A stretch of 64,000 nucleotides of DNA from IMG/VR virus record IMGVR_UViG_3300028045_000012, positions 1,558-65,557 of that record; one strand, 5' to 3'. The position numbers and the translations under genes are program-made. Shown here piece after piece: positions 61,701 to 64,000 of this stretch. The stretch comes from a virus. Lineage: Duplodnaviria; Caudoviricetes. Positions within the stretch are counted from its first letter, which is position 1. The number at the start of each line of letters is the position of its first letter. Under the pieces are notes generated by a model. That model was not told the DNA's origin. It was given only the letters and a program-made list of their open reading frames with translations, and did not search any database.

Positions 61701-62610
61701 TATTATGTACTGTTATAGGAGAACAACCATATAAATTTGAAATATATAAATTAGTTATACAACTAGCAGATGTATTACCAGTAAATGTGTTACCTGATAA
61801 GGATGATAAATCTATAGGTGTTACAGAGGTATCATCATTTTTTTCTAATATTAAATTAAATCCGGTTAATGTACCACCAGTTACAAATGTATTAGTAGAT
61901 GCACTTGACATAACACTCCATTCTGCATCACCATTTTCAGAGACTTGTGTTAATACATAACCAATAGTCCCTAAAGATGCACCATTTGTAATTGATAATT
62001 TATTTGTTGTTAATCTACCATCTACAGTTGCATCTTCTTTTGAAGATATATAATCTAATGGGCCTTTATAGTCTAAAGTTCCCGCAGAAAAATTTTCTTG
62101 TGTTGCCGTTGTAAATCCACTATAAAGAGTTGTTGCGGTTGTTGTTGATATATCTGCAACATTAAAAAATGAATATGTTACACTATACCCAGTATATTGT
62201 GTACCAATATTATAATCACCTGTCATACCTGTTTGAGTTAAAGTCCAATAAGGTCCAACAATTTGTGTATTTGCACTAAAAATTGTTATAGGTAAAGTTA
62301 ATCCTGAAGTAGTTCCCGAAAATAAAGGGTTAGTCCATGTTGTTGCACTATACCCACTAAATAACACATTATAGTTAGGTGATAAAATATTTGACACATC
62401 AAATAATGTTGTACCAGTATTCCCACTAAAAACTGCATTTTCTGAAGATATAACACCTAAAGATACTGTTGTTGCAGTATTAACACCACTAGGGTATCCA
62501 CTAAAAGGTATACCCACTTCTATCTTACCATCAAAAGTGGCAGTTTCACCTGTTATAATTTTAGATTGTCTGGCTAAATCTAATAAGGTTGTAAATTTAT
62601 TTATAGGCAT
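58780..62610 (-). CDS. Tail fibre / adhesin with long SHAEG (YadA-head-like) repeat tract
   Basis: 1276 aa; roughly 50 units of SHAEGxxTxASGxx. Confidence 0.8.
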   Translation of the reverse strand: MPINKFTTLLDLARQSKIITGETATFDGKIEVGIPFSGYPSGVNTATTVSLGVISSENAVFSGNTGTTLFDVSNILSPNYNVLFSGYSATTWTNPLFSGTTSGLTLPITIFSANTQIVGPYWTLTQTGMTGDYNIGTQYTGYSVTYSFFNVADISTTTATTLYSGFTTATQENFSAGTLDYKGPLDYISSKEDATVDGRLTTNKLSITNGASLGTIGYVLTQVSENGDAEWSVMSSASTNTFVTGGTLTGFNLILEKNDDTSVTPIDLSSLSGNTFTGNTSASCITNLYISNLYGCSPITVHNNIQYSGSSATGSSASAFGLQTTASGNLGAFSQNYLTIASGLASHAEGFTTTASGDISHAEGQLTIASGQSSHAEGISTTASGEGSHSEGTSTTASGNYTHAEGSGTIASGGGSHSEGLSTSATSISSHAEGRETLSSGFYSHAEGHLTIASGQSSHAEGYLTISSGENSHSEGYLTISSGENSHSEGSGTTASGLVSHSEGNVTIASGDYSHAEGVGTIASGLISHSEGYITLSSGQGSHSEGFQTSATTSYSHAEGVLTIASGIASHSEGWLTIASGDYSHSKGNTTIASGEGSYSEGKNTTASGDYSHVEGSGTTAGAYAHAEGVGTIASGGSHSEGWLTIANGAYCHAEGFLTTASTVYSHAEGRQTFANSPNSHAEGFLTIASGINSHAEGYLTISSGENSHAEGYLTISSGETSHSEGSGTTAGIYSHSEGVGTTAGYFSHAEGVLTIAELYSHAEGSGTTAGNGSHAEGVGTFATNYSHAEGHLTIASSEGSHAEGISTTSSGEGSHAEGKLTIASGNYSHAEGSGTTASGIYCHVEGAGTIASGIGCHAEGVLTIANGLISHSEGFSTTASTAYSHAEGWLTLASGISSHAEGNVTIASGDHSHAEGQGTTASGTGSHAEGEGSVASNDFSHAEGSGVASGVFSHAEGSSTIASGSRSHAQNNSTIASGDNSHGGGSGTIASGRTAFTHFTITGTTSGVYGDYSAILGGVDNNINNSGNSSAILGGNLNVIDTNVSRSVILGGQGITATTNDTTYVPNLNITSLNSNGSFTNLGLDSNNNIITGSSSYSIVNDEVDRDSTYPSPTNNFQIFNLRTNTIETYKSDYGLWISDGMFVAVEDTLVQSVDVRHIVFITSSPATIGSVEFPIISYPGSTADRNVTGGVVVEFGDVISGTSTYISVAHFGKYYVDYGPAITIGNNVYPLTNSTGLATSNNFASAGTIGKAIENSGSNPSFTGSVLVQLTQVR
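59600..61690. repeat. 42-bp coding tandem repeat (SHAEG units)
   Basis: Recurrent CCTTC(A/T/C)G(C/A)(A/G)TGTGA and CCACTTGCA at 36-42 bp spacing. Confidence 0.9.
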
Positions 62611-62670
62611 ATTTCTATTTTAAAATAAATATTTGATATTCTACTATATTTATATAAAAAAACTTTTATT

Positions 62671-63525
62671 ATGAATAAAAAATTTAAAAAGTCTGATATT
62701 AATAAATATTTAAAAAGAAAAAAACTAAAAAAAGGGTTAATAAATGAATTAATAGATACAAATGGTTCATTAATTAAACAAAATAATAATTATAAACAAA
62801 GTGTAAATTTTATAAAATCAAAAAAAACTACTGATGATTTTGTTAGAAACTCTACACAAGGTCCAGAGGCATATTTTATATATGGTGGACCATATTATGG
62901 TGTAAATTACACATATATTGTTAATGAAGAAGATGACCCATTAGAGGGGAGTTTAGAAAAACACCCTTTATTTGATGAAGAGGATGAATTTTATGATGAA
63001 TTAAATGTTATACCTTCAAAGTATAGTAAAAAACCAGAGGAAAGAATGAGAAGGGATGCAAAAAAATTGGCAAAAAGTGAAATTTCAAAACATTATTATG
63101 ATTTAGGTGGTGATCCTTTTGACGACACGATCCCTAGTGAACATTGGCGTAAATATAGTTTACCTTATGATACAAAATTTAATGATTTTGAAATTAATGA
63201 GGGGAAAGAAAAAATGAAATCATTAGTAGATGAAATTATTAGAAATAAAAGAAATAATGTGGGTATGGTTAAAAGGAGAAATGAACAAGATATTATGGTA
63301 GATAAAGTAGAAATACCTGATATTAGTGAATTAAAAACTGTATATGAGAAACCTATGGTTATTAGAAAATTAAATGTTTTATTGGATATTATTACTAAAG
63401 AAAATATTAAAGGTGAAGAATTAACAATCTTATTAAATCATTTATTAGATAATGTTGATATTTATAGTATTAATGATGAAGGAAGAGAATTATTAGGTGA
63501 TAAAATTAAATATGAAGAAGAATAA
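62671..63525 (+). CDS. Hypothetical late protein
   Basis: 284 aa; TATTTAT at 62647-62653; several (I/L/V)-N-E motifs. Confidence 0.7.
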   Translation: MNKKFKKSDINKYLKRKKLKKGLINELIDTNGSLIKQNNNYKQSVNFIKSKKTTDDFVRNSTQGPEAYFIYGGPYYGVNYTYIVNEEDDPLEGSLEKHPLFDEEDEFYDELNVIPSKYSKKPEERMRRDAKKLAKSEISKHYYDLGGDPFDDTIPSEHWRKYSLPYDTKFNDFEINEGKEKMKSLVDEIIRNKRNNVGMVKRRNEQDIMVDKVEIPDISELKTVYEKPMVIRKLNVLLDIITKENIKGEELTILLNHLLDNVDIYSINDEGRELLGDKIKYEEE

Positions 63526-64000
63526 TAAAGGTGGAAATAGTGATTTACATGGTAAGAAATGGAAATGTCCAAATTATATTATGGATACGATAAAAGATGC
63601 GGTGAATAAATATGAAAAAAATGGTAAAAAGAAAAAAACACAAGGGTATAAGAGAGGGAAGGGTCTTATAGAGGATAATGAGATAGAATACAAACAGATG
63701 AAACGTATTAAAAACTGGTTTGATAAGTTTGAAGGTACACATAATGATATTGAATATAAACTTAATGGTGGAAAAACTATGCATAATTGGGTTGATTCAA
63801 CGTTAAATAAGGAGAGGTTGGCATTAGAGGGACCCAAGAAGGTAAAAAGTGAAACTGGTTTGGCAAATCAATTTCTTAAACAACATGATAAAGATAATAA
63901 TAAAATAAATAAAAATTCTTTGAAAATTAGGATACCTAGAATAAGTAAAGATGTTAGTGGTCAAATATGGAGAGGTAAACCTATTTATGAAGAAATAAAA
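63512..64000 (+). CDS. Hypothetical protein, truncated by the window end
   Basis: Open frame MKKNNKGGNSDLHGKKW...QMKRIKNWFD...YKLNGG running to the edge; overlaps the previous stop. Confidence 0.75.
   Translation, partial: MKKNNKGGNSDLHGKKWKCPNYIMDTIKDAVNKYEKNGKKKKTQGYKRGKGLIEDNEIEYKQMKRIKNWFDKFEGTHNDIEYKLNGGKTMHNWVDSTLNKERLALEGPKKVKSETGLANQFLKQHDKDNNKINKNSLKIRIPRISKDVSGQIWRGKPIYEEIK

Noticed and set aside
929-63837. Numerous ORFs antisense to or nested within long genes (e.g. 18892..19512, 21215..21754, 45245..45850, 30615..30986, 61260..61508)
   Set aside because: Shadow frames of real genes with biased composition (S/F/I/L-rich or repeat-derived) and no motifs.
1-64000. Stop-codon reassignment, as in some large phages
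   Set aside because: Conserved genes are full length in code 11 and end in TAA, TAG (recombinase) and TGA (patatin, RHH); the two breaks seen are frame changes, not in-frame stops.
1-64000. tRNA or rRNA genes
   Set aside because: No intergenic GC-rich cloverleaf or GTTCGA-containing structure seen; gaps are short and AT-rich.

Overview
A 64-kb segment of a very AT-rich large myovirus (jumbo-type phage) using the standard genetic code, with most genes on the minus strand. It holds a T4-like replication block (class II RNR, DnaB/gp41 helicase, 5'-3' exonuclease, RecA/UvsX, gp32-like SSB, family B DNA polymerase, SNF2 helicase with a LAGLIDADG intein, glutaredoxin) and a contractile-tail block (baseplate, tape measure, gp26/gp51-like chaperone pair, tube, sheath, neck, several fibre/LamG proteins). 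Features that go beyond routine annotation: (1) about 15 late genes sharing short basic N-terminal leaders with (I/L)-x-E motifs fused to unrelated payloads, suggesting an 'address tag plus cargo' head-packaging system; (2) among them, five mosaic paralogues with 21-aa repeats that vary at fixed positions; (3) near-total avoidance of the trinucleotide AGC/GCT in core genes but not in accessory genes; (4) a candidate late promoter TATTTAT, the reverse complement of the T4 TATAAATA core; (5) a palindrome-rich 83-bp direct repeat that may be an origin; (6) two reading-frame breaks, one probably programmed (tail chaperone) and one probably an indel (baseplate hub with a degenerate GH19 domain). 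All calls come from reading motifs by eye; no database searches were run.
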